Below, piece by piece: positions 10,735 to 24,829 of a stretch of 64,000 nt of DNA (the stretch's first letter is position 1; each line of letters starts with the position of its first letter). Below the pieces are notes generated by a model that saw nothing but the letters and a program-made list of their open reading frames with translations, made no database searches and was not told the origin of the DNA. Origin of the DNA: Mobula hypostoma (taxonomy: Eukaryota). The stretch lies in assembly GCF_963921235.1 (NCBI RefSeq), contig NC_086097.1:115198001-115262000 (forward strand), read 5' to 3'. The position numbers and the translations under genes are program-made.

Positions 10735-13500
10735 TAAAAATTCTATATCTGAATGCACGAAGTGTCAGAAATAAGGCGGATGAGCTTGAAGCTCAGGTGC
10801 GAATGGGTAACTATGGTGTTGTTGGGATAACGGAGACATGGCTACAAGGGGATCAGACCTGGGAATTGAATGTACAAGGGTATACGTGCTATCGAAAGGA
10901 CAGAAAGATGGGCAGAGGGGGTGTGGTGGCCCTGTTGGTGAGGAATGAGATTCAGTCCCTTGCAAGGGGGGACATAGAAGCAGGAGAATTAGAGTCAGTG
11001 TGGATAGAACTGAGGAACAGCAAGGGCAAAAAGACCCTAACAGGTGTTATCTACAGGCCCCCAAACAGTGGCATGGATATTGGGTGCAAGTTGAAAAGGG
11101 AGTTAACAATGGCATGTGGCAAAGGAAATGTCGCAGTAGTTACGGGGAATTCAACATGCAGGTGAACTGGGAAAATCAGGTTGGTACTGGACCCCAGGAT
11201 AAGGAGTTTATAGAGTGCCTACGGGATGCATTTTTGGAGCAGCTTATACAAGAGCCGACCAGGGATAAGGCTATTCTGGATTTAGTGTTGTGCAATGAAC
11301 AGGATTTGATAAGTGATCTTGAAGTAAAGGAGCCATTAGGAGGTAGCGACCATAATATGATAAGTTTTTATCTGTAAGTTGAGAGGGATAAGGGCAGATC
11401 AGAAGTGTCAGTATTGCAGTTGAACAAAGGAGACTATGGAGCCATAAGGGAGGAGCTGGCCAAAGTTGACTGGTCGGATATCCTAGCAGAAAAGACAGTG
11501 GAACAGCAATGGCAGGTATTCTTGGGAATAATGCACAAGGTGCAAAATCAGTTCATCCCCCAGAGAAGGAAGGATTCAAAGGGGGGAAAGTGGCCACAGT
11601 GGTTGACAAAGGAGGTCAGAGATAGCATAGCATTAAAAAAGAAGTATAACAGAGCTAAGGTGAGTGGGAAGACGGATGATTGGGAAATTTTTAAGGAGCA
11701 GCAGAACTTAACTAAAAAGGTAATACGGGGAGAAAAAATGAGGTATGAACGCAAGCTAGCTAGAAATATAAAGGAGGATAGCAAAACTTTTTTTAAGTAT
11801 GTGAAGAGAAGGAAGATAATTAAGAACAATGTTGGGCCCTTGAAGAATGAATTGGGAGAAATTGTTATGGGAAATAGCGAAATGGTAGACGAATTTAACA
11901 AGTACTTTGGATCTGTCTTCATTATGGAAGACACAAGCAATCTCCCAGATGTATGGGTGGGCCAAGGACATAGGGTAACAGAGGAACTGAAACACGTTGA
12001 CATTAGGAAGGAAATGATGATGAGTAGACTGATGGGACTGAAGACTAACAAATCCCCAGGTCCAGACGGTCTGCATCCTAGGGTACTAAAGGAGGTGGCT
12101 CTGGAAATTGTGGATGCATTGGTGATCATTTTCCAATGTTCATTAGATTCAGGATCAGTTCCTGAGGATTGGCGAATGGCTAATGTTATCCCACTTTTTA
12201 AGAAAGGAGGGAGGGAGAAAACAGAGAACTTTCGCCCTGTTAGCCTAACATCAGTGGTGGGGAAGATGCTAGAGTCTATTAGTAAAGATGAAATAGCGGC
12301 ATATCTTGTTAGCAGTGCTAAGATTGGGCCGAGCCAGCATGGATTTACCAAGGGCAAATCATGCTTGACTAATCTATTGGAGTTTTTCGAGGATGTAACC
12401 AGGAAGATATTCGCGGGAGATCCAGTGGATGTGGTGTACCTTGACTTTCAGAAGGCATTTGATAAGGTACCACATAGGAGATTGGTGGGTAAAATCAGAG
12501 CTCACGGCATTGGGGGGAGGATATTGACATGGATAGAAAACTGGTTGGCAGAAAGCAAACGGTAGCAGTGAATGGGTGTTTCTCGGAATGGCAGGTGGTG
12601 ACTAGTGGGGTGCCACAGGGCTTGGTATTGGGACCACAGCTGTTTATGATTTACGTCAATGATTTAGAGGAAGGCATTGTGAATAACATCCGCAAGTTTG
12701 CTGATGATACTAGGCCGGGTGGCAGTGTGACATGTGATGAGGATGTAAGGAGAATTCCAGGTGACTTGGATAGGCTGGGTGAGTGGGAGAAACTTGGCAG
12801 ATGGCGTTTAATGTGAATAATTGTGAGGTTATTCACTTTGGGTGCAAGAACAAGAAGGCAGATTATTATCTGAACAGTGTGGAGTTAGGTAAGGGTGAAA
12901 TACAGAGAGATCTAGGAGTACTTGTTCATCAGTCTCTGAAGGTGAATGAGCAAGTGCAGCAGGCAGTGAAGAAGGCTAATGGAATGTTGGCCTTTATTAC
13001 AAAGGGAATTGAGTACAAGAGCAAGGAAATCCTTTTTCATTTGTACAGGGCCCTGGTGAGACCACACCTGGAATATTGTGTGCAGTTTTGGTCTCCAGGG
13101 TTAAGGAAGGACATCCTGGCTGTGGAGGAGGAGCAGCGTAGGTTCACTAGGTTAATGCCTGGGATGTCCGGACTGTCTTACGCAGAGAAGTTAGAGAGAC
13201 TGGGCTTGTACACGCTGGAATTAAGGAGATTGAGGGGGGATCTGATTGAGACATATAAGATTATTAAGGGATTGGACAAGATAGAGGCAGGAAATATGTT
13301 CCAGATGCTGGGAGAGTCCAGTACCAGAGGGCATGGTTTAAGAATAAGGGGTAGGTCATTTAGGACAGAGTTGAGGAGGAACTTCTTCTCCCAGAGAGTT
13401 GTGGAGGTGTGGAACGCGCTGCCTCAGAAGGAAGTGGAGGCCAATTCTCTGGATGCTTTCAAAAGGAGCTAGATAGGTATCTTATGGATAGGGGAATCAA
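10735..13500 (+). pseudogene. CR1 ORF2p APE endonuclease + reverse transcriptase, several frameshifts/stops
   Basis: GITETW, GVIYRPP, LDLVL, SDH; KSPGPDGLHP, FRPVSLTS, DFQKAFDKVPH, GVPQG, FADD, RPHLEYCVQFWSP in ORFs 10797-13472. Confidence 0.92.
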
Positions 13501-15124
13501 GGGTTATGGGGACAAGGCAGGAACCGGGTATTGATAGTAGATGATCAGCCATGATCTCAGAATGGTGGTGCAGGCTCGAAGGGCCGAATGGTCTACTTCT
13601 GCACCTATTGTCTATTGTCTATTGTCTAAGAGAGCACCAAATGATTGCAACAACTGGCATGGCATCACACTTTTGTCAGTGTCCAGCAAGATTCTCACCA
13701 AAGTCATTGTCCAATGGATTACAGATGCTGTTGATATGTGCTTGAGGAATGAGCAAGCTGTCTTCAGGAGAAATAAAGGTTGTGTCAATCAGATCTTCAC
13801 GCTGCGTAACATCATAGAACAGTGCAGAGTGCTAGAGACAACTGTATGTGAATTTTGTAGACTTTGCAAAGGCTTTTGATAGCATCCACGGGGGACCCTC
13901 TGACGAATTCTCAGATCATATGGGATCCCTTCCAAAGTGTCCATCTTATCCAAAGTTTCTGTGGTAACTTCACCTGCACAGTTGTGGACTGCAGTTTGAA
14001 CTTTGAAGTCAAGACTTGAGTTAGGCAAGGCTGTGTGATGTTGGTGATACTATTTAGCCTGGTGATTGACTGGATTATGAGGCAAACTACTGAAGATAAG
14101 CAGAGAGACATTAGGTGGACTCTATTCTCTATTTTAGAATTCCTTGACTTTGTGGGTGACCTCACATTACTAACACATAGACACCAGCACATGCAAGAGA
14201 AAACTCAGCACCTGTGTGTCATTTGTGGACAGGTGGGACTCAGACTCAGCCAGAGAAAGAATGAGACCATGACCCTTAATGTAGGATCTCCTCCCCCCAT
14301 CAAGGACTTATCCGTACTAGCAGATTCACCTACCTGGGCAGCATCATTTGGCACGATGGTGGGACCATCTAATGCAGACCCAGCAAAGCTAGAAACATCT
14401 TCAGATCAATAAGCAATATATGGGGATCAACTAAGTAGAGCAATCACACCAAGTTGAAGCTGTACCAGAGCTCTGCTCTGTCCACATTCTTGTACAGGTC
14501 AGAATGCTGGTGCATGGCAGAGAATGACCTTCCCACCTGTCATCATTCCGCATCATGGCCCTCTGGAAGATCTTCCATATTTTCTGGCCAAGAAAGATCT
14601 CCAACAACATCCTGATCTTTCATTGTCACCAAGAGGACATGGTCACAATTGTCACGAGGAAACTTTGGAGATGGATTGGGCACATGATGAGAAAAGAGGC
14701 CAACTCCACCATCAAGACAGCACTTCATAGGACACCTGAAGGTTGGAGGAAACATAGGAAACCAAAGACAACTTGGTGCCATACAGTGGAGACAGAGATG
14801 AGGACTCTGAACCATACCTGGGCACAATAGAGAAAATGGCTAAGGACAGACAGATTGAGGACCTTCATTGCTGTCTTAAATACCAGCAGTGTAACAGACA
14901 TTATATGATGATAATGTCTAAAATCAGCCGATGAAGTGTCAGAACTCATTGTGAATGCTTACGTCAAACCATCTGCAGACCCTGCAAAAGAAAGGCCAAG
15001 CTCCTAGCAGCTTGGCCACAGCCAATGCCTCAGTACTGTGTTGCAGCTGCTGCTTTTCCCAAACCTACCTGGAAGACAATGACCAAAGTTAGCACTTGAC
15101 TATTTGAATGTCAATAATGCATCT

Positions 15125-15812
15125 GAGTGGCCATATAAACACTTCGTGTCCGCTTTATTTGGTACACCTGTGTACCTGCTTCTTAATGTAAATATTTATT
15201 CAGACAATCATGTGGCAGCAACTCAATGCATAAGAGCATGACGACATGTTTGTGATATTTATTGCGTATTTATTTATTATTATTATTTATTTCTTCTTAT
15301 ACTTGCAGAGTTTGTTGTCTTTTGCACACTGGTTGATCACTTTCACGGATTCCATTGTGGCTCTTATTCTATTATGCATTTATTGAGTATGCCAGCAAGA
15401 AAATGAATCTCAGGGTTGTGTATGGTGACATATCTGAACTTTTATAATAAGTTCACTTTGAATTCTAAACATAGTCAAGTGGTGCAGTTGTTGTTCAGAC
15501 CAAACATGGGAATGAGAAAGAAATGTGATCTAAGTGACTTTGACCATAGAATGATTGTTGGTGCCAGACAGGGTGATATAAGTTTCTTCGCTGATCTCCT
15601 GGGATTTTTACACACAGCATTCTCTAGTCTAGAGTTTATAGAGAATGGTGTGAAAATCAAATTTTAAAAAAATCACCCAGTGAGTAGCAGTTCTGTGGGT
15701 AAAACCACATGATACAGCAGTGGTGTGCAGAAAAGCATCTCTGAATGCACAACATGTCGAAACATTAAGTGGTGGGCTACAGCAGCAGAAGACCATGAAC
15801 ATATACTCAGTG
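15125..15812 (+). mobile_element. Tc1-derived non-autonomous element (with a LINE-tail insertion ~15250-15470)
   Basis: KKCDLSDFDHRMIVGAR..ADLLGF (Tc1 paired HTH); degenerate TIR of the CACTCAGTGGCCACTTTATTAGGTAC type. Confidence 0.75.
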
Positions 15813-17644
15813 TATATCATATTTCTTTAATATCCATTATGTTAAATTAGCTTGTACTCTTTGCTGTACTGTATCAAGAAGGTGAATGTGGTGTCCAATA
15901 TAAATACAAACCAACTAGAGCATTGTACAATAAAATCCCAGAAGATTTTATTCTCCAGTCACTTAGATACTTTGTCTCAAGGAATGATTTTTAACTTTTG
16001 AGAGATACTTGTACCCAACTAAAACTCAGGAGCTAGTTGACTCCCATGTGAAAGTAATGGCCGACATCGTGCACTAAAAACGTTTGCAAGTACATAATTT
16101 TGCCACAGGTGCCATGGTAGTGTAGCATTTAGAGTGATTCCATTACAGCTCTGGGTGTTCTGGAGTTGGGAGTTCAGTTCCATCACCATTCTGTAAGGAG
16201 TCTCTGTACATCTTTCCCCATGCAATGTCAGGGTTTTCTCCAAGTTATCCAGCTTCCTTACCCAATCTGAAGATGTACCAGGTAGATTAAACGGTCATTG
16301 TGAATTGTCCCGTGATTTGGTTGGGGTGAATCAGGTTTGTCAGGGGTTCTGCAGCAATGTGGCTTGAAGGGCCGGAAGGGCCTACTCCACACTGTATCGC
16401 TAAATAAAGTAAATATGAATACATTTCATTAGAACTAAGTCAGCAAGCCATAATTACTTACTTGTTTCATGAATGCACGTGTGTTTCTGTCTTTTTATGT
16501 GTGAGTGTATGCTTTAGTGCAATACTTCCAACATTTTTGAACAAAATTCCCCCTTTTTCCCAAGGCAAAAGGCATCTAAAGCTTAAAGATTAGCTGTATT
16601 TGTCACACATACCTCCAAACATTGAAGCATACAGCGAAGTGTGTTGCTTTTACCAACAAACAATACAGTCCACGGGTGTGTGCGTGTCACTATGCTTCCA
16701 CCGTCAACATATTTACCAACTCTAACCCTATCGTTACCTAATAATGTAATGGGACTCATTCCATTTAACAGGATGGGATTATTTGGGAACTGTTTGCAGC
16801 TGAGTAGATTTGAACTTATTTTTACTATTTTTATAAACTTTCCAATTGAATTAGCTCAGTGTACTTAAAGCCTAACAGAACCTTGTAATCTGTAATTTAA
16901 AAAAATGTTCAACCCTCTCTGAATTGGTTTGAATATTTGAGAATGTGGAAGATGCTCACATTACAATGAAATATAGTGATAGCTTTAGTTGTTTGGGCAA
17001 ACTAGAAGCAGAACCTCACAAACTGCCAAAGGCATTCTGTGAGAACAGATCATTATTTGACCCTGCTATAAGAGACATTGTGCTGGGCAGTGTCTATAAG
17101 AAAAGAGTGGCCTCCTAATTATATATAGACTGTCATTAGGATCACACGGGATCAAAAAAGTGACTTGTGTGTTAGAGGACTTGTCCATTATTCCTAGAGT
17201 CTGCTGAACTGGGGAAGCAACAGCTAGTCACTCATTCACAATATGTTGCTCTGAGGAACATTGTGTCACGTAATGGTTTATACCACTCTCATCACTTCTC
17301 TGTGGATCATGCAAGATGTCTTATCTAACTGTCATGCGTAAGTGTCATGTTGTCATGGTTGCCCAGTGACAGGGTTTACTACTTTTTAGATAAGAGTGCG
17401 GATTTATCCAGAGCTTATATAGCCACTGGAGCAACACCAACCTTTAGTGTGAGGATTTTAATCAAACAAATTTTTTGGTGCTCCAGGATAAATGATAATG
17501 ATACCTAAAGGAAATAGAAGAGAAAGTGAAAGGTTAAAGCTGACCTGAATTTTTCCAGCAATTTTGTGTGTGTTGTGAGATTTAAAGAACTCTGATGCAC
17601 TTTCAAGCTTTTATTTCACTGCAGCTTTAACCATTTTGAAACTC

Positions 17645-18108
17645 TGTACCTAGTAAAGTGGCCACTGAGTGTATATTTATGGTCTTCTGGTGCTACTGCC
17701 TATCCACTACAAGGTTTGCATTCAGAGATGCTCTTCTATTGTACCACATGGCTGTTCAAGTTACTGCTGCCTTCCTGTCAGCTTAAACCAGTCTGGCCAT
17801 TGTCCTCTGACCTCTCTCATTAACAGGTGTTTTTGCCTACAGAACTGCTGTTTTTGGTTTCTCGCACTATTCTCTGTAATTTCCAGAGACTGTTGTGCAT
17901 GAAAAACCCAGCAGGGATCAGCAGTTTCTGAGATACTCAAAAACTCCTTTTGGCATCAACAATCATCCCACAATCAGAGTCACTTAGATCACATTTCTTC
18001 CCCATTATGATGTCTGGTCTAAACCCCTTGAACATATCTGCATGCTTTTATGCATTGAGTTGCAGCCACATGTTAGCAAGTGCACCCAATGAAGTGGCCA
18101 GTGAGTGT
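17645..18108 (-). mobile_element. Tc1-derived non-autonomous element
   Basis: Reverse complement of the 35681/61672 copies; aagtggccactgagtgta-type ends. Confidence 0.78.
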
Positions 18109-18124
18109 ATGCTTTAATGCGCAA

Positions 18125-18545
18125 ATTAAGATAGGTTGAATGAGCTAGGGCTTTTCTCTTTGCAATGAAGGAGGATGAGAGGTGACTTGATAGAGGAGTA
18201 CAAGATGATAAGAGGCATAGATTGAGTGGATAGCTAGAGACTTTTTCCCAAAGTGGAAATGGTTAATACGAGAAGCATAATTTTAAGGTAATTGTAGGAA
18301 AGTATAGGGAGGGGGGATGTCAGTAGTAAGTTTTTTACACAGATAGTGGTGGGTTGGTGAAATGGCCCGCCAAGGTGGATACATTAGGGGCATTTAAGAA
18401 ACTGCTAGATAGGCACATGGATGATTGAAAAATGGAGGATTATGTAGCAGGGAAGCATTAGATTGATATTAGAGTTGGATAACATGTTGACACAACATCA
18501 TGAGCCTAAGGGTCTGCATTATGCTGTAATGTTTTATGTTCTAAA
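18125..18545 (+). mobile_element. CR1 3' fragment
   Basis: gaggatgagaggtgacttgatagag (RMRGDLIE) motif and CR1-type 3'UTR/tail. Confidence 0.75.
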
Positions 18546-19149
18546 GCTAATCTAATCTACAGTGTATTTGTGATACCACTTCATGCAATGGCTAAAGCAC
18601 GGGGAAACTTGTTCTCCTCCTGTCCTTGCACTGGCTCAGCTGGAGTACAGTAGCTTTGAGAAACACATTGAGTGTGTCCAGTAATAACAATGTTACAGTC
18701 CAAAGGGGAATCGATTTTCCAGGGATACATGCTTGATGGGAATTTCATTTGATTAGTGGGAAAGTGTAATCATTTTTGAGACTGTTATTTAAACCAGATC
18801 AATTGTCAGCCATTATGCTTTCAGCTGCCTCTACTGGGGTGATTATTTGAGTGTATCTCATGAGTTGCTTTTTAATGGAAGACTTGTGATGATCCTCTAT
18901 AACAAGATAGGAGTCATACTGTGAGAGAACTGCCTTCACTGATTAGACAGCTGTATTGAGAGAATAGGTTAAGATCGCAAGATGGAAACACCTTATCCCA
19001 ATAAAGTAATGAACTTTCCTAGATATGAAGAGCATGTCAACACCATTGCTGTGAGCCTATTGTACGATGATTTGTCCTTCATATAACTTACTTTTGATAA
19101 TATTTTCAGGCAAGGTGTTCAATATATTGATCCTCTTTTGATGTTACAG

Positions 19150-22100
19150 TTCAAAATTCAAAGTAAAATTATTATCAAGGTATGTATACGTCACTATATA
19201 CTACTCTGAGATTCATTTTCTCAGGGATATTCACAGTAAATACGAAGATGCAGTCAGTGTAAATACAAAAATAGAAAAAACAAAATAACAATGATAAATA
19301 AGCAATAAATATTGAGAACATGATATGAAGCATAATGTCAGTTGGTTGAGGGAACAATTCAGTAATGGGATGAGTGAAGTTATCCCCTCTGATTCAAAAG
19401 CCTGATGATTGAAGGATATTAACTGTGTCCGAAGCAGGATGTGTTGATCTTGAGTCTTCTGTACCTACTTCCTGAAGGCAGCAATGAGAAGAGAGCATGG
19501 CCTAAATGATGGATGCTGCTTTTCTGTGACAGCGCTCCTTGTAGATGTGCTCAATATTTAAACTAGAGAGTTTAACGTAGAATTGTTGGGGGGTGGGAAC
19601 CAAACTGAAGAGACTGGGGAAGAGGCGGTTGGCTCACAAATAGAGAAAGCTTGGAGACAGTGCGAGAGGGAGGATAGGCAGGTGATAGAGAAGGAACACG
19701 CTCAGACCGACGGTTTGAAATGTGTCTATTTTAACGCAAGGAGTGTTGATTGTGAACAAAGCCGTTGAGCTAAGAGCATGGATCAGTACTTGGAGCTATG
19801 ATGTGGAAGCCATTACAGAGACTTGGATGGCTAAGGGACAGGAATGGTTACTTCAAGTGCCAGGTTTTAGGTGTTTCAGAAAGGACAGGGAGGGAGGCAA
19901 AAGAGGTGAGGGTGTGGGCACTGTTGATCAGAGATAGTGTCACGGCTGCGGAAAAGGTAGACGTTATGGAGGAATTGCCTACGGAGTCTCTGTGGGTGGA
20001 GGTTACGAACAGGGAGGGGTCAATAACTCTACTGGGTGTTTCTTATAGACCACCCAATAGGAACAAGGATATCAAGGAGCAGATAGGAAAACAGATCCTG
20101 GAAGAGTGTAATAATAACAGCGTTGTAGTGATGGGAGATTTTTATTTTCCAAATATCGATTGGCATCTCCCTAGAGCAAGGGGTTTAGATGGGGTGGAGT
20201 TTGTTTGGTGTATTCAGAAAGGTTTCTTGACACAATATGTAGATAAGCCTACAAGAGGAGAGACTGTACTTGATCTGGTATTGGGAAATGAACCTGGTCA
20301 GGTGTCAGATCTCTCAGTGGGAGAGTATTTTGGAGATAGTGATCATAATTCTATCTCCTTTACAATAGCATTGGAGAGAGATAGGAACAGACAAGTTAGA
20401 AAAGCATTTAATTGGAGTAAAGGGAATCATGAGGCTATCAGGCAGGAAATTGGAAGCTTAAATTGGGAACAGATGTTCTCAGGGAAAAGTACAGAAGAAA
20501 TGCGTCAAATGTTCAGGGGATATTTGTGTGGAGTTCGGCATAGGTACGTTCCAATGAGACAGGGAAGTTATGGTAGGCTACAAGACCGTGGTGTACAAAG
20601 ACTGTTGTAAATGTAGTCAAGAAGAAAAGAAAAGCTTACAAAAGGTTCAGAGAGCTAGGTAATGTTAGAGATCTAGAAGATTATAAGGCTAACAGGAAGA
20701 AGGTTAAGAAGGAAATTAGGAGAGCCAGAAGGGGCCATGAGAAGGCCTTGGTGGAAAGGATTAAGGCGAACCCCAAGGCATTCTACAAGTATGTGAAGAG
20801 CAAGAGGATAAGACGTGAAAGAATAGGACTTATCAAGTGTGACAGTGGGAAAGTGTATGGAACAAGGGAAATAGCAGAGGTACTTAATGAATACTTTACT
20901 TCAGTATTCACTATGGAAAAGGATCTTGGGAATTGCAGGGATGACTTACAGTGGACTGAAAAGCTTCAGCATGTAGATATTAAGAAAGACGATATGCTGG
21001 AGCTTTTGGAAAGCATCAAGTTGGATAGGTCATCAGGACCAGAAGAGATGTACCCCAGACTACTGTGGGAGGCGAGGGAGGAGATTGCTGAGCATCTATC
21101 AATAATCCTTGAATCATCAATGGGGATGGGAGAGGTTCTGGAGGATTGGAAGATTGTGGATGTTGTTCCTTTATTCAAGAAAAGGAGTAGAGATAGGCCG
21201 AGAAATTATAGACCAGTGAGTCTTACTTCAGTGGTTGGTAAGTTGATGGAGAAGATCCTGAGAGGCAGGATTTATGAACATTTGGAGAGGTATAAGATAA
21301 TTAGGAATAGGCAGCATGGCTTTGTCAAGGGCAGGTCCTACCTTATGAGCCTGATTGAATTTTTTGAGGATGTGACTAAACATGTTGATGAAGGAAGAGT
21401 AGTAGATGTAGTATATCTGGATTTCAGCAAGGCATTTGCTAAGGTACCCCATGCAAGGCTTATTGAGAAAGTAAGGAGGCATGGGATCCAAGGGGACATT
21501 GCTTTGTGGATCCAGAACTATCTTGCTCACAGAAGGCAAAGAGTGGTTGTAGATGGGTCATATTCTGCATGGAAGATGGTGACCAGTGGTGTGCCTCAGG
21601 GATCTGTTCTGCGACCCTTACTCTTCGTTATTTTTATAAATGACCTGGAAGAAGAAGTGGAGGGATGGGTTAGTAAGTTTGCTGATGACACAAAGGTTGG
21701 AGGTGTTGTGGATAGTTTGGAGGGCTGTCAGTGGTTACAGTGGGATCTTGATAGGATGCAAAACTGGGCTGAAAAGTTGCACATGGAGTTCAACACAGAT
21801 TAGTGTGAAGTGGTTCATTTTAGTAGGTCAAATATTATGGCAGAATATAGTATTAATAGTAAGACTCTTGGCAGTGTGGAGGATCAGAGGGATCTTGAGG
21901 TCCAATTCCATAGGATACTCAAAGCAGCTGCACAGGTTGGCTCTGTGGTTAAGAAGGCATACACTGTAATGGCCTTCATTAATCATGGAATTGAATTTAC
22001 GAGCTGAGAGGTAATGTTGCAGCTATATAGGAGCCTGGTCAGACCCCATTTGGAGAACCGTTCTCAGTTCTGGTCGCCTCACTACAGGAAGGATGTGGTA

Positions 22101-23670
22101 GCCATAGAAAGGATGCAAAGGAGATTTACAAGGATGTTGCCTGAATTGGGAGCATGCCTTATGAAAACAGGTTGAGTGAACTCGGCCTTTTCTCCTTGGA
22201 GTGACGGAGGATGAGAGGTGACCTGATAGAGGTGTATAAGATGATCATCTGGATAATAAGAGGCTTTTTCCCGGGGCTGAAATGGTTGCCACAAGAGGAC
22301 ACAGGTCTAAGGTGCTGGGGAGTAGGTACAGAGGAGATGTCAGGGTAAGTTTTTTACTCAAATAGTGGTGAGTGCATGGAATGGGCTGCCGGCAACGGTG
22401 GTGGAGGTGGATACGATAGAGTCTTTTAAGAGACTTTTGGAATGGTACATGGAGCTTAGAAAAATAGAGAGCTATGGGTAAGCCTAGTAATTTCTAAGGT
22501 AGAGACATGTTCAGCACAACTTTGTGGGCCGAAAGTCCTGTATTGTGCTGTAGGTTTTCTATGTTTCTATGTTTCTATTGGGGAGGGCTTTAACTGTGTT
22601 GGACAGGGCTGTACACAATACTTTTTTTTCGCTTATCTGTTTAAAGGTATTGGTGTTTCCATGCTATGATGCAACCAGTCATTATGCTCTCAACCATGTA
22701 TCTATAAAAGTTTGAAAAAGTTTTAGATGCCATGCCAAATCTTTGCAAACTTCTAATAAATTGGAAGGACTGCTGTGCCTTCTTTTTAATGGCACTTATG
22801 TGCTGGACCCAGGATAAATCCTCTGAAGTGATAACACCGAGGAAATTAAATTTTCTGACCCTTTATACCTCTGATCCCCTGATGAGGACTGGCTCATGGA
22901 CCTCCAGTTTCCTCCTCTTGTAGTCAATAATCAGCTCCTTGGTATTGTTAAAATTGAGTGAGAGGAATGTTTTGTTGTATCACTCAGCCAGATTTTCATC
23001 CTTCCTCCTACATGCTGATTCGTCACCACCTTTAATTTGGCCAACTGCAGGAGTGTCATCAGCAAACTTAAATATGGCACTGGAGCAAGCGAGTAGAGCA
23101 AGGGATTGATGGTGGTTGTGGAGGAGATGTTGTTGCCAATCGAAACTGAAGGTTTGCAGGTAAGGACATCGAAGATCCAGTTGCACCAGGAGGTATTGAT
23201 GGCAAGACCTTGAAGCTTATTGATCAGATTTGAGGGGATGATAATATTGAATGCAGAGCTATAGTCGATGAAGAACATCCTGATGTATGCATCTTCTCAG
23301 TCTAGATGTTCCAGGGTTGGGAGAAAAGCCGATGAAATGACATCTGCTGTGGACCTGTTATGACAGCAGGCAAATTGCAGCAGATCCAATTGATATGTTT
23401 CGTCACCAGCTTCTCAAAGCACTTCATCACAGTGGATGCAAATGCTACTGGACAATAGTCACTGAGGCAAGATACCACCTTCTTTATGGGTACTGCTATA
23501 AATAAAGCCTACTTGAAACAGATGGGTGCCTCAGACTACTGAAGCGAACGTTTAAAGATATCAGTGATCACTCCTGCCAGTTTATCAGCACAGATCCTCA
23601 GTACTTGGCTAGATACACCATCTGGATGAGATGCTTTCTAGGGGTTCACATTCCTGAGAGAAGCTCTCGC
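19150..23670 (-). mobile_element. Rex1/Babar-like LINE (19150-19555 and 22578-23670) split by a CR1
   Basis: Minus-strand [15 protein letters not shown] motifs (ORFs 22931-23278, 22980-23186); 3' tail at ~19150-19220. Confidence 0.75.
19560..22577 (+). mobile_element. CR1 LINE family 2, ORF2 region (APE+RT), disrupted
   Basis: ITETW, YRPP, SDHN, YRPVSLTS, DFSKAF, GVPQGSVL, FADD in ORFs 19722-21803; (TTTCTATG)n tail 22554-22577; closely similar to 54600-57895. Confidence 0.92.
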
Positions 23671-23694
23671 GTTATCCCAATGTGCTAAACAAAC

Positions 23695-24676
23695 ACCAGT
23701 TCCTGATGAAGGGTCTCAGCCCAAAACGTCGACTGTACGTCTTCCTATAGATGCTGCCTGGCCTGCTGCGTTCACCAGCATTTTTTTGTGTGTTGTTACG
23801 TACCCCGTAACTGGGTTGCCAAACCAGCAGAAATGGATCACTCAGTTGGAGTCTGGAGTACTAGAACTAAGAAAGTTTTATTAAAGAAACAAGCAAAACA
23901 GTAATCGAAAGGTTAATAAATGCAACAGTTCAACAATGATAACCACACATGTGCACAGAATTAAGATAACAGCATCAATCAAGCTCTATCGTTGTCTAGG
24001 GGTAAATGACCAAATTTCAAAATGACTCAAAGTTCAGTCCAGTTAGTAGTTCAGTTCAGTAATCGTTGCCATGGCGATAGACAACGTTGGGGGAAGAGAG
24101 AGATAGAACAGGAACAACTGATCATTCAGAACGGCTTCACTCACAGACCGGCGATTTTTGGGCGGGTCCTTGGTGATGTCACCTGAGGTCACCGACTGTG
24201 ACCCCTCCTCCAGATGCGGTTGATCCTCTGCAGTGAACCCGGCACCCAGGCAAGGGCGGACACACACCGGGTTCCCGCTGATCGTACCTTTCCACCCCGG
24301 GCGTTGTCTGATACTTCTCACCCACTCGTGAGAGGCGCACCGCTTCCAGGGTCTCGTTATCTCGGGTGGCGTGTGTCCTGCCTTAGCGAACCGGTCCCTT
24401 TTTATCCCCCTGCTGGGGTATCGCCTGTCCATCACTTCAAACAGTTCAGGGTTCAAAGGGGGAGCCGCTCCAGACAGCTCTCTCTCCCCCGTCCCTTCAT
24501 TACACATCTCCAGACGCTGCTCCATTGTTCCTTATCTCTCCTTCCCCTGAGGGCAGGTGGCAGACCACTTGCTGATGTCACTGATGCTAGCCCAGGCCAG
24601 CAAACATCTTAATTTTATGTGTATTCTCGTCACAGTGTTGCTTGAACTTCCAGCATCTGCAGATTTCCTCATGTGT
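23695..24676 (+). repeat. Penelope-like terminal repeat with hammerhead motif, split by LTR A
   Basis: CTGATGA-AGGGTCTCAGCCC-AAAAC-GTC-GACTG at 23703-23735; repeat continues tgcttgaacttccagcatctgcagatttcctc after 24638. Confidence 0.8.
23794..24634 (-). mobile_element. Solo LTR, family A (copy 2)
   Basis: TGTTAC...GTCACA, 4-bp TSD GTGT (23790-23793, 24635-24638); colinear with 4110-5061. Confidence 0.9.
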
Positions 24677-24829
24677 ACCAGTTACTAATTTAGCTTTGGG
24701 TACATGAATACATAATGCTTCACTGAGATATTGTTGCAAATCTTACAAAGCATTTTATGAATTACTAATCACATCAAATATCAGAAATACGATGATTTGA
24801 AATGGCAAGAACCTGTGCTGAAAACGTTA

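Larger units (their letters stand above)
9570..13625 (+). mobile_element. Near full-length CR1 LINE (family 1), truncated within ORF1
   Basis: ORF1 esterase followed by ORF2 APE+RT; (CTATTGT)n tail 13605-13625; inserted in the RTE. Confidence 0.93.
8560..14910 (+). mobile_element. Degenerate RTE-clade LINE interrupted by a CR1 at about 9570-13625
   Basis: APE end DVKVKREADTGHDHQLV (~8650-8700); IVRI|..DCNNWHGITLLSVSSKIL across the CR1 junction; QIFTLRNIIEQC, RWRWIGH-type C-terminus; ATG/ATA-repeat tail ~14900. Confidence 0.82.

Noticed and set aside
11548..12357. 269-aa minus-strand ORF and similar antisense ORFs over LINEs
   Set aside because: Antisense shadows of CR1/Rex1 ORF2 with Ser/Leu/Phe bias; no independent gene signal
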